From: an uncultured Oscillospiraceae bacterium
GTDB taxonomy: Bacteria > Bacillota > Clostridia > UMGS1883
Length of the DNA stretch: 56,861 bases
Reading direction: 5' to 3'
NCBI GenBank assembly: GCA_964604405.1
Contig: CAZRYW010000001.1
Coordinates: 1 to 56,861, forward strand
Position numbers and translations under genes: made by a program. The notes beneath the pieces are model-generated. The model was not told the DNA's origin, ran no database searches, and saw only the letters and a program-made list of their open reading frames with translations. Shown here in pieces: positions 34,206 through 45,017 of this stretch (its first letter is position 1; each line of letters starts with the position of its first letter).

Positions 34206-36182
34206 ATGAATAAGAAAGACGGATTTTTGAATTCAATATTGAAAAGCGGTATTCTTTTTTATTGTTTGCCGATTGCCGTTTGCGGTTTGGCGGTATGCTT
34301 TTACAATGCTTTAATAGGCGTGTTGATTGTGATTTTGTCTTTGGTATTGCTGTTTAAAGGCACGGATGAAGACAAGGACGATTACGGCGGGGGGATTCAG
34401 TATTATTCCTCGATGAGCGAGGTCAACGACAAGTTCGATATTACAAAAGGTATAACGACGGCGATGATTTCGGTCGGAACGGACGGCAAGATAAATTGGT
34501 GGAACGACGCTTTTACAAAAATATGCCCGCTTGTGGCGATGCATGACGGGATAACGGAGCATATTCCCGAAATTACGATGGATATGCTTTACAATATGGA
34601 AAGCACATCCGAAGTGAAAATCGGATACAAAGAACATTCTTATGTTTTGTCAAATGTTCCGTTTAAAGCAAATAATGCTGCGGACAGTGCATTTGTATTG
34701 ACGCTTAGAGATGTTACGGAGCTGGAACATTACAAAAAAGAGGCGCAAAACCTGAAAACGGTTATCGCTCATGTTTTGATTGACAACTATGATGAGCTTT
34801 TGACCGAAGAGGGAGACGACGTTTCGTACAAAGCCGAGAAAAGCATTGAATCGCTGATTTTCGAATGGACGAGAAAACTCGGCGGAACGGTGAGACATAT
34901 CGAAAAAGGCAGATATATGTGTCTTTTCAACTCGGAAATGCTAGACGAAATAAAAGAGGCGAAATTTGACGTGCTCGAAAAAGCAAAAACGTTGGGCGAG
35001 GGAAGCGCCATCGAACCTACGCTGAGTATCGGGGTCGGGATTGACGGCGACGATATAAACGAAATTGACACGTTTGCGAAAGCGGCACTCGATATGGCGC
35101 TCGGCAGAGGCGGAGACCAGGCGGTTATAAAAGACAAAGAAAACTTTTCCTACTACGGCGGTAAAAGCCGTGAAACGGAAAAGCGAACAAAAGTTAAGTC
35201 GAGAGTAAAAGCACTTGCTCTTTTGAATTTGATAGACGAATGCAGTAACGTTATCATAATGGGACACGTTAATGCGGACGCCGACTCTTTTGCATCTTGC
35301 GTGGCACTTGCGTGCTCGGCAATGGCGAGAGGCAAACAGGCAAAAGTGCTTATCGAAACATATGACAGAACGGTAAAGGCAATACTTGAAAGTTTCGAAA
35401 AGAACAAAACAAATTTGGGACTTTTCGTAAACAAGATGCAGGCGAGAGAATTGATGGGGGCAAAAACGCTTGTGATAGTGTGCGATACCCACAGACGAAA
35501 TCTGGTGGCATCGACGGAAATTCTCGATGAAGCGGCAAGCGTTGTGTTGATTGACCATCACAGACGAAGCGAAGATTTTATTTTGAATACAGATTTGCTC
35601 TACCATGAACCGTTTGCGTCAAGCAGCTGTGAAATGGTTGCAGAAATGCTTCAGTACATGGGCAGAGGCGGTATAAACAATCTTGTTGCCGAAGCGATGT
35701 ATGCGGGAATTGTTGTTGACACAAACAATTTTATTTATAAAACAGGTGTGAGAACATTTGAAGCTGCGGCATATCTCAAGCGCCTCGGTGCGGATACCGT
35801 CAATGTGAGAAGACTTTTCAGAGAAAACAAGGAAGCATATGAAGAAAAATCAATGATTGTTGCAAATTCGCGTATGTATTCCGAAAATATAGCACTCAGC
35901 CATGTGTACGAGACTGTTCGCCAGGACGTTATCGCAAAGGCGGCGAACGATTTGCTCGAAATGGAAAACGTCGAAGCGGCATTTGTGGTTGCGCCTATAG
36001 GCGAAAACCGAATTTCCGTGACGGGAAGAAGCTTCGGAGATATAAATATTCAGCTTATTTGCGAAAAGCTCGGCGGCGGCGGTCATATGCTGGCGGGTGC
36101 GGCACAGCTTGAAGATGTCGATGTTGACGAGGCTGTTTCGAAGCTCTACGATGTAATTGAAGAATATAAACAGGAAAGATAA
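34206..36182 (+). CDS. gdpP: GdpP-type cyclic-di-AMP phosphodiesterase (2 TM, PAS-like, degenerate GGDEF, DHH/DHHA1)
   Basis: 658 aa with two N-terminal TM helices, DHH motifs ([20 protein letters not shown]), and the conserved gdpP-rplI-dnaB context. Confidence 0.88.
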   Translation: MNKKDGFLNSILKSGILFYCLPIAVCGLAVCFYNALIGVLIVILSLVLLFKGTDEDKDDYGGGIQYYSSMSEVNDKFDITKGITTAMISVGTDGKINWWNDAFTKICPLVAMHDGITEHIPEITMDMLYNMESTSEVKIGYKEHSYVLSNVPFKANNAADSAFVLTLRDVTELEHYKKEAQNLKTVIAHVLIDNYDELLTEEGDDVSYKAEKSIESLIFEWTRKLGGTVRHIEKGRYMCLFNSEMLDEIKEAKFDVLEKAKTLGEGSAIEPTLSIGVGIDGDDINEIDTFAKAALDMALGRGGDQAVIKDKENFSYYGGKSRETEKRTKVKSRVKALALLNLIDECSNVIIMGHVNADADSFASCVALACSAMARGKQAKVLIETYDRTVKAILESFEKNKTNLGLFVNKMQARELMGAKTLVIVCDTHRRNLVASTEILDEAASVVLIDHHRRSEDFILNTDLLYHEPFASSSCEMVAEMLQYMGRGGINNLVAEAMYAGIVVDTNNFIYKTGVRTFEAAAYLKRLGADTVNVRRLFRENKEAYEEKSMIVANSRMYSENIALSHVYETVRQDVIAKAANDLLEMENVEAAFVVAPIGENRISVTGRSFGDINIQLICEKLGGGGHMLAGAAQLEDVDVDEAVSKLYDVIEEYKQER

Positions 36183-36199
36183 ACGAAAGGAAGATAAAT

Positions 36200-36646
36200 A
36201 TGAAAGTAGTATTGTTGGCAGATGTTAAAGGACACGGTAAAAAAGGCGACGTTGTGGAAGCAAGCGACGGATATGCGAGAAACTTTCTTTTCCCGAAAAA
36301 GCTTGCGAAAGAAGCCACAAAGGAAGCGTTGAACGAAGTTCAGAGCAAAAACGAAGCAAAAGCTTATCATAAAGAACAGGAAGTGCTTGCGGCAAAAGAA
36401 ACAAAGGCGAAGCTTGACGGCAAGAGCGTAAATGTTAAATCAAAAGCAGGCGACAACGGCAAGCTTTTCGGTAAAGTTACAAACCAGAATGTTGCCGATG
36501 CGATAAAGTATCAGCTTCATGAGGTTGTTGACAAGAGAAAAATCCAGCTTTCGGACGGATTGAAAACTGTGGGAAGCCATGAAGTCGAAGTTAAAATATA
36601 TCCCGAAATTACAGCAAAAATCACAGTTGTAATCGAGGCGGAATAA
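36200..36646 (+). CDS. rplI: 50S ribosomal protein L9
   Basis: Begins [36 protein letters not shown]. Confidence 0.96.
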   Translation: MKVVLLADVKGHGKKGDVVEASDGYARNFLFPKKLAKEATKEALNEVQSKNEAKAYHKEQEVLAAKETKAKLDGKSVNVKSKAGDNGKLFGKVTNQNVADAIKYQLHEVVDKRKIQLSDGLKTVGSHEVEVKIYPEITAKITVVIEAE

Positions 36647-36675
36647 TTCGTTCTCCACGAAAGGAGGAATAAAAA

Positions 36676-38007
36676 ATGGAACTTCCCGTGGGAAAAACCA
36701 TGCCGTACAACATCGAAGCGGAGCAAGCCGTGCTCGGCAGTATGATATTTGACGAAAAAGCATTGATATCCTGCGTTGAAAGTCTTTCCGCAGATGATTT
36801 TTATACAAAAACTCACCAGACGATTTTTAATGCGATATCCTCGCTTTTCGAAATGGGCACCCCGGTGGACATTGTAACGCTTTCGGATAAGCTCGGAAGC
36901 GATATTGACTCGGTCGGCGGTATAGGATATATATCGGGTATAGTGCAAAACGTTCTCAGTACGGAAAATCTGAGTCATTATGTGAATATCGTACAGTCGA
37001 AGAGCATATTGCGTCGTCTTGTAAATGCGGCGGGTGAAATTATTGATATTTCGACACGTGACGAGGACGAAATTACGCAGATTCTCGACAGGAGCGAACA
37101 GCTGATTTTCAATATATTGGACAAACAAGGTTCTAAAGGCTTTTATCACATCAGCGAAGTTGTAAAAAGCTCCATGGCGCTTTTGGAAGAGTTGAAAAAA
37201 AGAGGTTCTTCCGTTACGGGCGTACCGACGGGGTTTAAGGAATTGGATCAGCTGACGGCGGGATTGCAAAAAAGTGCGCTTATTATTGTGGCGGCACGTC
37301 CCGGTGTCGGTAAAACTTCGTTTGCGTTGAACATTGCGGAAAATGCGGCAATCAACCACAAGATACCGGTAGCGGTTTTCAGCTTGGAAATGAGCAAGGA
37401 AGAACTTGTTAACAGAGTTTTGTCGAGTGAAGCTTTGGTATCAAGCGAAAAAATGAGAATAGGCGATTTGAGCCCTGCCGAAATGACAAAGCTTGCACAT
37501 TCGCTTCCCGGCATAATCAACGCGCCGATTTATATAGACGATACTCCGGGTATTTCGATATCGGAAATACGTGCGAAGTGCAGACGATTGAAGCTGGAAA
37601 AAAATCTCGGACTTGTTGTAATCGACTACTTGCAGTTGATGGAAACAAAGGGCGGCGGAGATAACCGTGCTCAGGCTGTTGCCGAAATTTCACGTGCCTT
37701 GAAGATAATGGCGAAAGAACTGGAAATTCCGGTTATTACACTTTCGCAGCTTAACCGTATGAGTGAAGCGAGAAAGGACAAACGCCCGCAGGCAAGCGAT
37801 TTGAGAGAAAGCGGTTCAATCGAACAGGATGCGGATATCATCATGCTTTTGTACAATCCCGATACGGCAAACGAGGATGAAAATGCGGAAAAGAGCAATA
37901 TTGTCGAATGTATCGTGGCAAAGCACCGCGGCGGTGAATGTAGGACGGTGAACCTCGCTTGGAGAGGCGAATATACGAAATTTATGAATCTGGACAATAG
38001 AAATTAG
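36676..38007 (+). CDS. dnaB: Replicative DNA helicase
   Basis: Contains PYNIEAEQAVLGSMIFD, Walker A (ARPGVGKTSFALN), IDYLQLM, and SQLNR. Confidence 0.96.
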   Translation: MELPVGKTMPYNIEAEQAVLGSMIFDEKALISCVESLSADDFYTKTHQTIFNAISSLFEMGTPVDIVTLSDKLGSDIDSVGGIGYISGIVQNVLSTENLSHYVNIVQSKSILRRLVNAAGEIIDISTRDEDEITQILDRSEQLIFNILDKQGSKGFYHISEVVKSSMALLEELKKRGSSVTGVPTGFKELDQLTAGLQKSALIIVAARPGVGKTSFALNIAENAAINHKIPVAVFSLEMSKEELVNRVLSSEALVSSEKMRIGDLSPAEMTKLAHSLPGIINAPIYIDDTPGISISEIRAKCRRLKLEKNLGLVVIDYLQLMETKGGGDNRAQAVAEISRALKIMAKELEIPVITLSQLNRMSEARKDKRPQASDLRESGSIEQDADIIMLLYNPDTANEDENAEKSNIVECIVAKHRGGECRTVNLAWRGEYTKFMNLDNRN

Positions 38008-38015
38008 GTGGAAAT

Positions 38016-39386
38016 TTGATTTCACGTGTACTGGAAACGATTGAAAACAAAAAAATGTTCAAAGCAGGGGACAAGGTGTTGTGCGCCGTCAGCGGAGGTG
38101 CGGATTCCATGGCTCTGCTTTGTGTGCTTTATGAATTGAGAGAAAAACTCGACATAGAAGTTTGTGCCGCCAATGTAAATCACTCGATAAGAGGTGAAGA
38201 GGCAGACTCGGACAGCGAATATGTGCGAAAGTTTTGCGAAGAAAGAGGGATAGAGCTTTTTTATGAAAAAGTTGATATTCCGAGTATGGCAAAAGAGGCG
38301 CAGATAGGCGAAGAAGAGTGCGGCAGGAGAGAGCGTTACCGTTTTTTCGATTCGATAATAAACGAATGGGGAAGCGGGGTTATAGCCACGGGTCATCACA
38401 TGGGTGACAATGCGGAGACTGTGCTTTTTAACCTTTTCAGAGGAAGCGGAGGCAAAGGAATAGGCGGCATACCGTACAAACGGGACAATATTGTGAGACC
38501 GCTGTTGGACGTGACGAAAGAAGATATCAAAAAATATCTTGTCGAAAAAAATATCACGTGGTGCGAAGATTCGACAAACGGAAATTGTGACTACACGAGA
38601 AACGGTATTCGAAACGTTATACTTGTCGAAGCGGAAAAAATGTTCCCGAAAGCTATGGAAAAAATTTCGGCTGCGTCGAACGCAATAAGGGAAGACGATG
38701 AATATTTGACAAAGACGGCGGCAGATTCGAAAGCTTTCGAAAACGGGGTTTTGTACAAAGAGAGGCTTTCGGCATTGCCCGACTGCATAAAAAAACGAGT
38801 GATTTTGCAGGCTTTGAAAGAATGGAACGTCGAAAATATCGACACAAAAAAGACCGATGCCGTGCTGAAAATCGCCATGGGCGAGACCGGCAAAGGAATT
38901 GATGCAGGAAACGGAATAAGAATTGTGAACGGTTACGGAGAAATCCGTGCACAACAAAAAGAAACAAAGGCGGACGAAGAATATTATTTTAAAAACGGTG
39001 AAAGCCTTGAAATATCGACTTTGAGCGGAGTTTGGAGCATAAAAACAGTTGACAAACCGAGTAAAATGAGGGATAATAAAACAATGGCGGTTTTTGATGC
39101 GAATCTTTTGCCCGAAAAACTGTGCGTGAGATTGCGTCATGACGGCGACTATATGTATCCTTACGGTATGGACGGAAAAAAGAAAATTAAAAAAATTTTC
39201 ATTGATTTAAAAATTAGGAAAGAATTAAGAGATAAAATTTCTATGCTGGCGACAGATGACGAAATTTTATTTATTCCGGGAGTAAGGAAAAGCGCAAGGT
39301 ATCAACCGAGCGAGAAAACAAGCAGGTATTTATATATTAAGTTTTTTCAAAAGACGGAAAGTGAGGATAAAAATGGAGCAGAATAA
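38016..39386 (+). CDS. tilS: tRNA(Ile)-lysidine synthase
   Basis: PP-loop (AVSGGADSMAL), the tilS-hpt-ftsH context, and a TTG start after AGGTGGA. Confidence 0.9.
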   Translation: MISRVLETIENKKMFKAGDKVLCAVSGGADSMALLCVLYELREKLDIEVCAANVNHSIRGEEADSDSEYVRKFCEERGIELFYEKVDIPSMAKEAQIGEEECGRRERYRFFDSIINEWGSGVIATGHHMGDNAETVLFNLFRGSGGKGIGGIPYKRDNIVRPLLDVTKEDIKKYLVEKNITWCEDSTNGNCDYTRNGIRNVILVEAEKMFPKAMEKISAASNAIREDDEYLTKTAADSKAFENGVLYKERLSALPDCIKKRVILQALKEWNVENIDTKKTDAVLKIAMGETGKGIDAGNGIRIVNGYGEIRAQQKETKADEEYYFKNGESLEISTLSGVWSIKTVDKPSKMRDNKTMAVFDANLLPEKLCVRLRHDGDYMYPYGMDGKKKIKKIFIDLKIRKELRDKISMLATDDEILFIPGVRKSARYQPSEKTSRYLYIKFFQKTESEDKNGAE

Positions 39387-39930
39387 GGAAAAAATAACAG
39401 ACGTCATCGAAGAAATTCTTGTCAGCGAAGAACAAATCAGCGCAAGGGTTAAAGAACTCGGAGCGGAAATCAGCCGTGACTACGAAGGCAGAGAAGTTTG
39501 CGTTCTTTGCGTTTTGACGGGAAGCTTTATGTTTGCTGCGGATATTGTGAGAGCTCTTACGGTTCCCGCAAGAGTTATGTGCGTATTCGCATCAAGCTAC
39601 GAGGGCACGGAGTCCGTCGGCAAAGTTGATATAATCAAAGGAAAGGGCTTTAACGTTAAGGATAAGGATATACTTATCGTTGAAGATATCGTCGATACGG
39701 GAAGAACTCTTACTGCGGTACGTGAAATTCTTCTTAAAGAGGGTGCAAAGAGCGTTGAAATCTGCACTCTTTTGGATAAGCCCGAAAGAAGAGTTGTGGA
39801 GCTTGTTCCCAAGTATATCGGTTTTGATATTCCCAACAAGTTTGCGGTCGGATACGGTTTGGACTACGATCACCGTTACCGTCAGTTCCCCTTTGTCGGA
39901 GTACTTAAACCCGAAATTTACGAAAACTAA
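39373..39930 (+). CDS. hpt: Hypoxanthine phosphoribosyltransferase
   Basis: PRPP-binding motif ([14 protein letters not shown]) and FVVGYGLDY-like [14 protein letters not shown]. The start is ATG 39373 or GTG 39361. Confidence 0.93.
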   Translation: MEQNKEKITDVIEEILVSEEQISARVKELGAEISRDYEGREVCVLCVLTGSFMFAADIVRALTVPARVMCVFASSYEGTESVGKVDIIKGKGFNVKDKDILIVEDIVDTGRTLTAVREILLKEGAKSVEICTLLDKPERRVVELVPKYIGFDIPNKFAVGYGLDYDHRYRQFPFVGVLKPEIYEN

Positions 39931-39947
39931 GCCAAGGAGGCACTATT

Positions 39948-41792
39948 TTGAAAAAAGGCATTAAAAACTTGGGCTTTGTGCTTGCGTTTGTAATGGTTGT
40001 TTTTGTGGTATCAAACCTTTTTACGCAACAGCAATTGCCCGAAAACGAACCGGTTTATTCGGATCTTATTTTGGATATCGAAAAAGGAAACGTAACGGAG
40101 CTTGTCATCGGAGACAGCGAAGTTGTGGTTACTTATAAGGACGAAAGTGTGAAAAAGGTGGAAGCACCCGGAGCGTATGTGCTCAATAACGACACCGTGC
40201 AGGAATTGATGGAAAACGAAAAAATCAAGGTTACGGTTCCCGCTCCGGAGGAAACATCGTGGATTTTGTCGATGCTTCCGACGCTTATCTCTCTTATTCT
40301 CGGAGTTTTTCTGCTGATGTTTGTTATGCGTCAAGCACAAGGCGGCGGAAAAGGAATGTCGGGGTTTGGTAAGAGCAAGGTGAAATCGCCCGACGAAAAC
40401 GGAAAAAGAGTAACATTTGCCGATGTTGCGGGCGTTGACGAAGAAAAGAAAGAACTCAGCGAAATCGTTGACTTTTTACGCAATCCCAAGGCGTTTACCG
40501 ATTTGGGTGCGAGAATTCCCAAGGGTGTGCTTTTGGTGGGACCTCCCGGAACGGGTAAAACGCTCCTTGCAAAGGCCGTTGCCGGCGAAGCGGGAGTTCC
40601 GTTTTTCTCGATGTCGGGTTCGGACTTTGTGGAAATGTTCGTAGGTGTCGGAGCCTCGAGAGTGAGAGACCTTTTCGAACAGGCGAGAAAAAATCTTCCC
40701 GCAATCATATTTATTGACGAAATCGACGCCGTGGGCCGACAGAGAGGCACGGGATTGGGCGGAGGTCACGATGAACGCGAACAGACGCTCAATCAGCTTT
40801 TGGTGGAAATGGACGGTTTCGGCACAAACTCGGGGATTATCGTTATTGCCGCAACAAACAGAGCGGATATATTGGACCCCGCACTTTTGAGACCCGGCAG
40901 ATTTGACAGACAGGTTGTTGTGAATTATCCCGACCAAAAGGGCAGAGAAGAAATACTTGCGATTCATGCGAAAAACAAGCCTCTCGACGAATCGGTAAGC
41001 TTGGAAAAGGTTGCAAAATCGACATACGGATTCGCAGGTGCGGATTTGGAGAATATTCTCAACGAAGCGGCAATTTTGGCGGCAAGAGCAAAGAAAACAA
41101 AGATTACGCAAGCCGAGATGGACGAAGCGATTTTGAAAGTTGTGATGGGTCCCGAAAAGAAGAACAAGGTTATGAAAGATTCCGACAAGGCTCAGACGGC
41201 ATATCACGAAGCGGGTCATGCGATTTTGTCGCACATATTGCCCACTCAGGACAGCGTGCACCAAGTGTCGATTATTCCCAGAGGTGCGGCGGGCGGATTT
41301 ACGCTTTCGCTTCCCGATATGGATAAAATGTATGTATCCAAGGAAGAAATGCTTGAATACATCATCGTTACAATGGGCGGACGCATGGCCGAAAAGATTA
41401 TTTACAATCAGATTAACACGGGTGCGTCAAGCGATATCGAGCATGCAACAAATACCGCACGCAAGATGGTAATGCGTTACGGTATGAGCGAAAAACTCGG
41501 ATTTATGAATTTCTCGGGAAGCGAACATGAAGTGTTCTTGGGAAGAGATTTCTCACAGGGAAATAATTATTCTCCCGAGACCGCGGCGCTTATAGACGAA
41601 GAAATAAAGGGTATTATAGATTCGTGTTATGTGCGTTGCGAAGAGCTATTGAGAGAAAACATCGACAAGCTTCATGCTGTGGCGCAAGCTCTTATCAAGT
41701 ATGAAAAGCTTGACGGAGAAGAATTCGTAAAAGCATTTGACGGCACACTTGACGAAGAAAAGACAGCGGAAGAAGGAGCTGACGGAAAATGA
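39948..41792 (+). CDS. ftsH: ATP-dependent zinc metalloprotease FtsH
   Basis: AAA+ domain ([19 protein letters not shown]), SRH motif, and HEAGHA zinc site. The TTG start lies 7 nt after AAGGAGG. Confidence 0.96.
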   Translation: MKKGIKNLGFVLAFVMVVFVVSNLFTQQQLPENEPVYSDLILDIEKGNVTELVIGDSEVVVTYKDESVKKVEAPGAYVLNNDTVQELMENEKIKVTVPAPEETSWILSMLPTLISLILGVFLLMFVMRQAQGGGKGMSGFGKSKVKSPDENGKRVTFADVAGVDEEKKELSEIVDFLRNPKAFTDLGARIPKGVLLVGPPGTGKTLLAKAVAGEAGVPFFSMSGSDFVEMFVGVGASRVRDLFEQARKNLPAIIFIDEIDAVGRQRGTGLGGGHDEREQTLNQLLVEMDGFGTNSGIIVIAATNRADILDPALLRPGRFDRQVVVNYPDQKGREEILAIHAKNKPLDESVSLEKVAKSTYGFAGADLENILNEAAILAARAKKTKITQAEMDEAILKVVMGPEKKNKVMKDSDKAQTAYHEAGHAILSHILPTQDSVHQVSIIPRGAAGGFTLSLPDMDKMYVSKEEMLEYIIVTMGGRMAEKIIYNQINTGASSDIEHATNTARKMVMRYGMSEKLGFMNFSGSEHEVFLGRDFSQGNNYSPETAALIDEEIKGIIDSCYVRCEELLRENIDKLHAVAQALIKYEKLDGEEFVKAFDGTLDEEKTAEEGADGK

Positions 41793-42664
41793 AAAGCATG
41801 ACAGGTTACGGTACTGCCGAAACTATGTACAAAGGCAAAAAGATAACTATCGAGATTAAAAGCGTGAACAGTCGTTACAGCGATATTTCGGTTAAAATGC
41901 CACGTTTGTACGGATTTTTGGAAGCTCCCGTCAAAAAAGCCGTTACAGGATATACATCGAGAGGTAAAATCGACGTTTTCATAAACGTCGATTCCTCTGC
42001 GGATGAAACAAAAGAGGTAAACGTAAATGTAAATCTCGCAAAGGCATATCACGAGGCGATAGGAAAAATTTCCGATGCAACGGGCACATCCTCAGATGTG
42101 AATGCGGTTACTTTGGCAAGGCTTCCCGATGTTTTAACGATTGATTCGGAAGACGAGGATGCCGAAGAAATGACTCGTGTGGTGCTTGAAGCATTGGACG
42201 AAGCGGGAAAGATTTATGTTAAAATGCGTGAGGACGAGGGATACAATATGTTGCTTGTTCTCACGGAGCATTTGAACGTGATTGAAAAAACCGTAAACAT
42301 CATCGAAGAAAACGCTCCCGAAATCGTTACGGCTTACCGAGGCAGAATAGAAGCGAGAATGAAAGAAATCATGGGAAATGTTCCGTATGATGAATCTAGG
42401 CTTCTTACGGAGGTTGCGCTTTTTGCGGATAAGGTGAACGTTGACGAAGAAATCGCAAGATTGAAAAGTCATATTGACCAGATGCGTGAAATGTTTAAGG
42501 CACAAGAGCCTATAGGACGAAAAATGGACTTTTTAATCCAGGAAATGAACCGTGAAATCAATACAACGGGTTCGAAATGCAACAATCTTTCGATTGCGAG
42601 AAACGTTATAGACGTTAAGGCGGAAATAGAAAAGCTCCGTGAGCAGGTACAGAATATCGAATAA
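41789..42664 (+). CDS. yicC: YicC/YloC-family endoribonuclease
   Basis: Begins MKSMTGYG and has a C-terminal [17 protein letters not shown] motif. Confidence 0.9.
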   Translation: MKSMTGYGTAETMYKGKKITIEIKSVNSRYSDISVKMPRLYGFLEAPVKKAVTGYTSRGKIDVFINVDSSADETKEVNVNVNLAKAYHEAIGKISDATGTSSDVNAVTLARLPDVLTIDSEDEDAEEMTRVVLEALDEAGKIYVKMREDEGYNMLLVLTEHLNVIEKTVNIIEENAPEIVTAYRGRIEARMKEIMGNVPYDESRLLTEVALFADKVNVDEEIARLKSHIDQMREMFKAQEPIGRKMDFLIQEMNREINTTGSKCNNLSIARNVIDVKAEIEKLREQVQNIE

Positions 42665-42679
42665 TCCGGGAGGAAAAAG

Positions 42680-42946
42680 ATGAAGTTAATCAACATCGGT
42701 TTCGGTAATATGGTGGCGGACGGAAAGATTGTCAGTATTGTAAATCCCGATTCGGCACCTGTAAAAAGACTTGTCAGGGATGCATCCGACAAAGGCATGC
42801 TCATTGATGCATCTTACGGGCGAAAAACAAAAAGCGTAATCGTCGCATCGTCGGGGCACGTTATATTGTCGGCTTTGACCGCCGATATAATATACGAACG
42901 CAACGAAACGGAAGAAAAACAGACTATCACAATAGGTGAAGAATAG
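42680..42946 (+). CDS. remA: RemA/YlzA (DUF370) regulator
   Basis: Begins MKLINIGFGNMV and contains SAPVKRL and DASYGRKTKSVIV. Confidence 0.9.
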   Translation: MKLINIGFGNMVADGKIVSIVNPDSAPVKRLVRDASDKGMLIDASYGRKTKSVIVASSGHVILSALTADIIYERNETEEKQTITIGEE

Positions 42947-42956
42947 GAAGTGTGCT

Positions 42957-43571
42957 ATGAGAAAAGGAACATTGCTTGTACTCTCGGGGCCTTCGGGCTC
43001 GGGAAAAGGAACAATGGTGAAAGAATATACCGATAAGTATTCGGACGTGTTCGTATCGGTGTCCGCAACAACGAGAGCACCTCGTGAGGGCGAAGAACAC
43101 GGAGTGAACTACTTTTTCCTTTCGGTTGATGATTTTAAACAAAAAATCGAAGAGAACGGGTTTCTCGAACACGCTTCGTTTTGCGGAAATTATTACGGCA
43201 CACCACGTGCGAGCGTTTACGAAAAGCTTGACGAGGGGTTGGACGTGATATTGGAAATCGACGTTCAAGGTGCTTTTCAGGTGAAGAAAAACTGCCCTGA
43301 GGCGGTTTTGGTGTTTACGATGCCTCCGTCATATGAAATTTTGCGTCAAAGACTTATCGGCAGAGGTACTGAAAGCATGGATGTTGTCGAAAAAAGACTT
43401 TCTGCCGCAATCGAAGAATTTAAGCAGGCGGAAAAGTACGACTATATTATAATAAACGATAAAATCGAAACTGCGGCAGAAGAGCTCAGAGCGATTTTTG
43501 TATCGGAAAAATGCAAAATAAGCAATAATAAAAATTTTACAGAAGGAGTTTTGAAAGATGTTATATCCTGA
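42957..43571 (+). CDS. gmk: Guanylate kinase
   Basis: Contains LSGPSGSGKGT, SATTRAPREGE and YFF. I use the start at ATG 42957. Confidence 0.95.
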   Translation: MRKGTLLVLSGPSGSGKGTMVKEYTDKYSDVFVSVSATTRAPREGEEHGVNYFFLSVDDFKQKIEENGFLEHASFCGNYYGTPRASVYEKLDEGLDVILEIDVQGAFQVKKNCPEAVLVFTMPPSYEILRQRLIGRGTESMDVVEKRLSAAIEEFKQAEKYDYIIINDKIETAAEELRAIFVSEKCKISNNKNFTEGVLKDVIS

Positions 43572-43734
43572 AATCGGTAAACTTATGGAGGGTATGCCCT
43601 CAAGATATTCTCTCGTTATTGTTACGGCGAAGAGAGCAAGACAACTTGCCGAAAGCGAAAACGCAATAAGCGATAAGCACGTGAGCGAGGCTGTTCACGA
43701 AATCAGCGAAGGCAAGGTAAGAATTAAGAAGTGA
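43558..43734 (+). CDS. rpoZ: DNA-directed RNA polymerase subunit omega
   Basis: 58-aa ORF absent from the track because it is under 60 aa: MLYPEIGKLMEGMPSRYSLVIVTAKRARQL... ATG 43558 follows AGGAG, and the gene sits in the conserved gmk-rpoZ-coaBC position. Confidence 0.85.
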   Translation: MLYPEIGKLMEGMPSRYSLVIVTAKRARQLAESENAISDKHVSEAVHEISEGKVRIKK

Positions 43735-43753
43735 TTTTAAAGAGGGGTTTGTA

Positions 43754-44953
43754 ATGCTTAAAGGAAAAAACATTGTTTTGGGTGTAACGGGAGGAATAGC
43801 CGCATACAAAGCGTGTGATATTGCATCCCGACTGGTGAAGCTGGGCGCAGACGTTCATGTTGTAATGACGAAAGCCGCCTGTGAATTTGTCACGCCGTTA
43901 ACATTCAAAACCCTCACGAATAATCGTGTACACACCGATATGTTTGACGAAAACGATATCGGTGTACCGCACATTGATTTGGCACAGGGAGCGGATTTGC
44001 TTCTTGTTGCCCCGGCAACGGCTAATTTTATAGCAAAGGCCGCAAACGGTATCGCAGATGATATGCTCTCTACGACCGTTTTGGCGGCGAGCAATAAAAA
44101 AGTGATTATTTCCCCCGCTATGAACAGTCATATGTACGCAAATAAAGCCGTACAGGAAAATCTTGATAAGCTCATAGACAGGGGTTTTGTCGTAATTAAG
44201 CCGGAGACGGGCAGACTTGCGTGCGGAGATACGGGAATGGGCAAATTGCCGAGTCCCGAGGACATTGTGGAAAGGGTTCTCTCGGAAATTTGTTACGAAA
44301 AAAATTTGGTGGGCAAAAGAGTGCTTATAACGGCGGGACCCACAAGAGAAAAAATAGACCCCGTAAGATATATTACGAATAATTCGACGGGTAAAATGGG
44401 ATATGCCCTTGCACGTGTTGCAAAAGCCAAGGGAGCAACGGTTACTCTCATTACGGGAAAAACAAATCTCAAGAAACCGTTGGGAGTAGATACAGTCGAA
44501 ATTGTAAGCGCAAAAGATATGTTCCGTGAAGTGACTGAAAGATATGCCGACACGGATATTGTGATAAAAGCGGCGGCTGTTGCGGATTTCAGACCGAAAA
44601 GCGTAAATGACAATAAAATCAAAAAAGAAAATGCGTCGCTTGAAATTGAATTGGAAAAGACCGATGATATACTGAGTTATCTCGGCAGAAAAAAGGACAG
44701 GCAAGTGCTTGTGGGATTTTGTATGGAGACGGAAAATCTTCTCGAAAGCGCACAGAAAAAGCTCGAAAAGAAAAATCTTGACATGATTTGCGCAAATTCC
44801 ATACTTGTTCCGGGTGCGGGATTCGGTACCGACACCAACGTTATTACATTGATTGAAAAGGACGGCTCGGTGACGCCGTTGCCTATGGATACGAAAGAAA
44901 ATCTTGCCTCGGTAATACTCGATAAAGCATTGAGCATATCGGAGGAAAGATAA
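43754..44953 (+). CDS. coaBC: Bifunctional phosphopantothenoylcysteine decarboxylase / phosphopantothenate-cysteine ligase
   Basis: N-terminal flavoprotein domain (GVTGGIAAYKA) and C-terminal DFP ligase domain (ITAGPTREKIDPVRYITNNSTGKMG). Confidence 0.95.
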   Translation: MLKGKNIVLGVTGGIAAYKACDIASRLVKLGADVHVVMTKAACEFVTPLTFKTLTNNRVHTDMFDENDIGVPHIDLAQGADLLLVAPATANFIAKAANGIADDMLSTTVLAASNKKVIISPAMNSHMYANKAVQENLDKLIDRGFVVIKPETGRLACGDTGMGKLPSPEDIVERVLSEICYEKNLVGKRVLITAGPTREKIDPVRYITNNSTGKMGYALARVAKAKGATVTLITGKTNLKKPLGVDTVEIVSAKDMFREVTERYADTDIVIKAAAVADFRPKSVNDNKIKKENASLEIELEKTDDILSYLGRKKDRQVLVGFCMETENLLESAQKKLEKKNLDMICANSILVPGAGFGTDTNVITLIEKDGSVTPLPMDTKENLASVILDKALSISEER

Positions 44954-45017
44954 TATATACATGAGTGATTTGAAAATACTTTAAAAATCACAAATTGAGT
45001 TTTTTGCGGAGGATGTT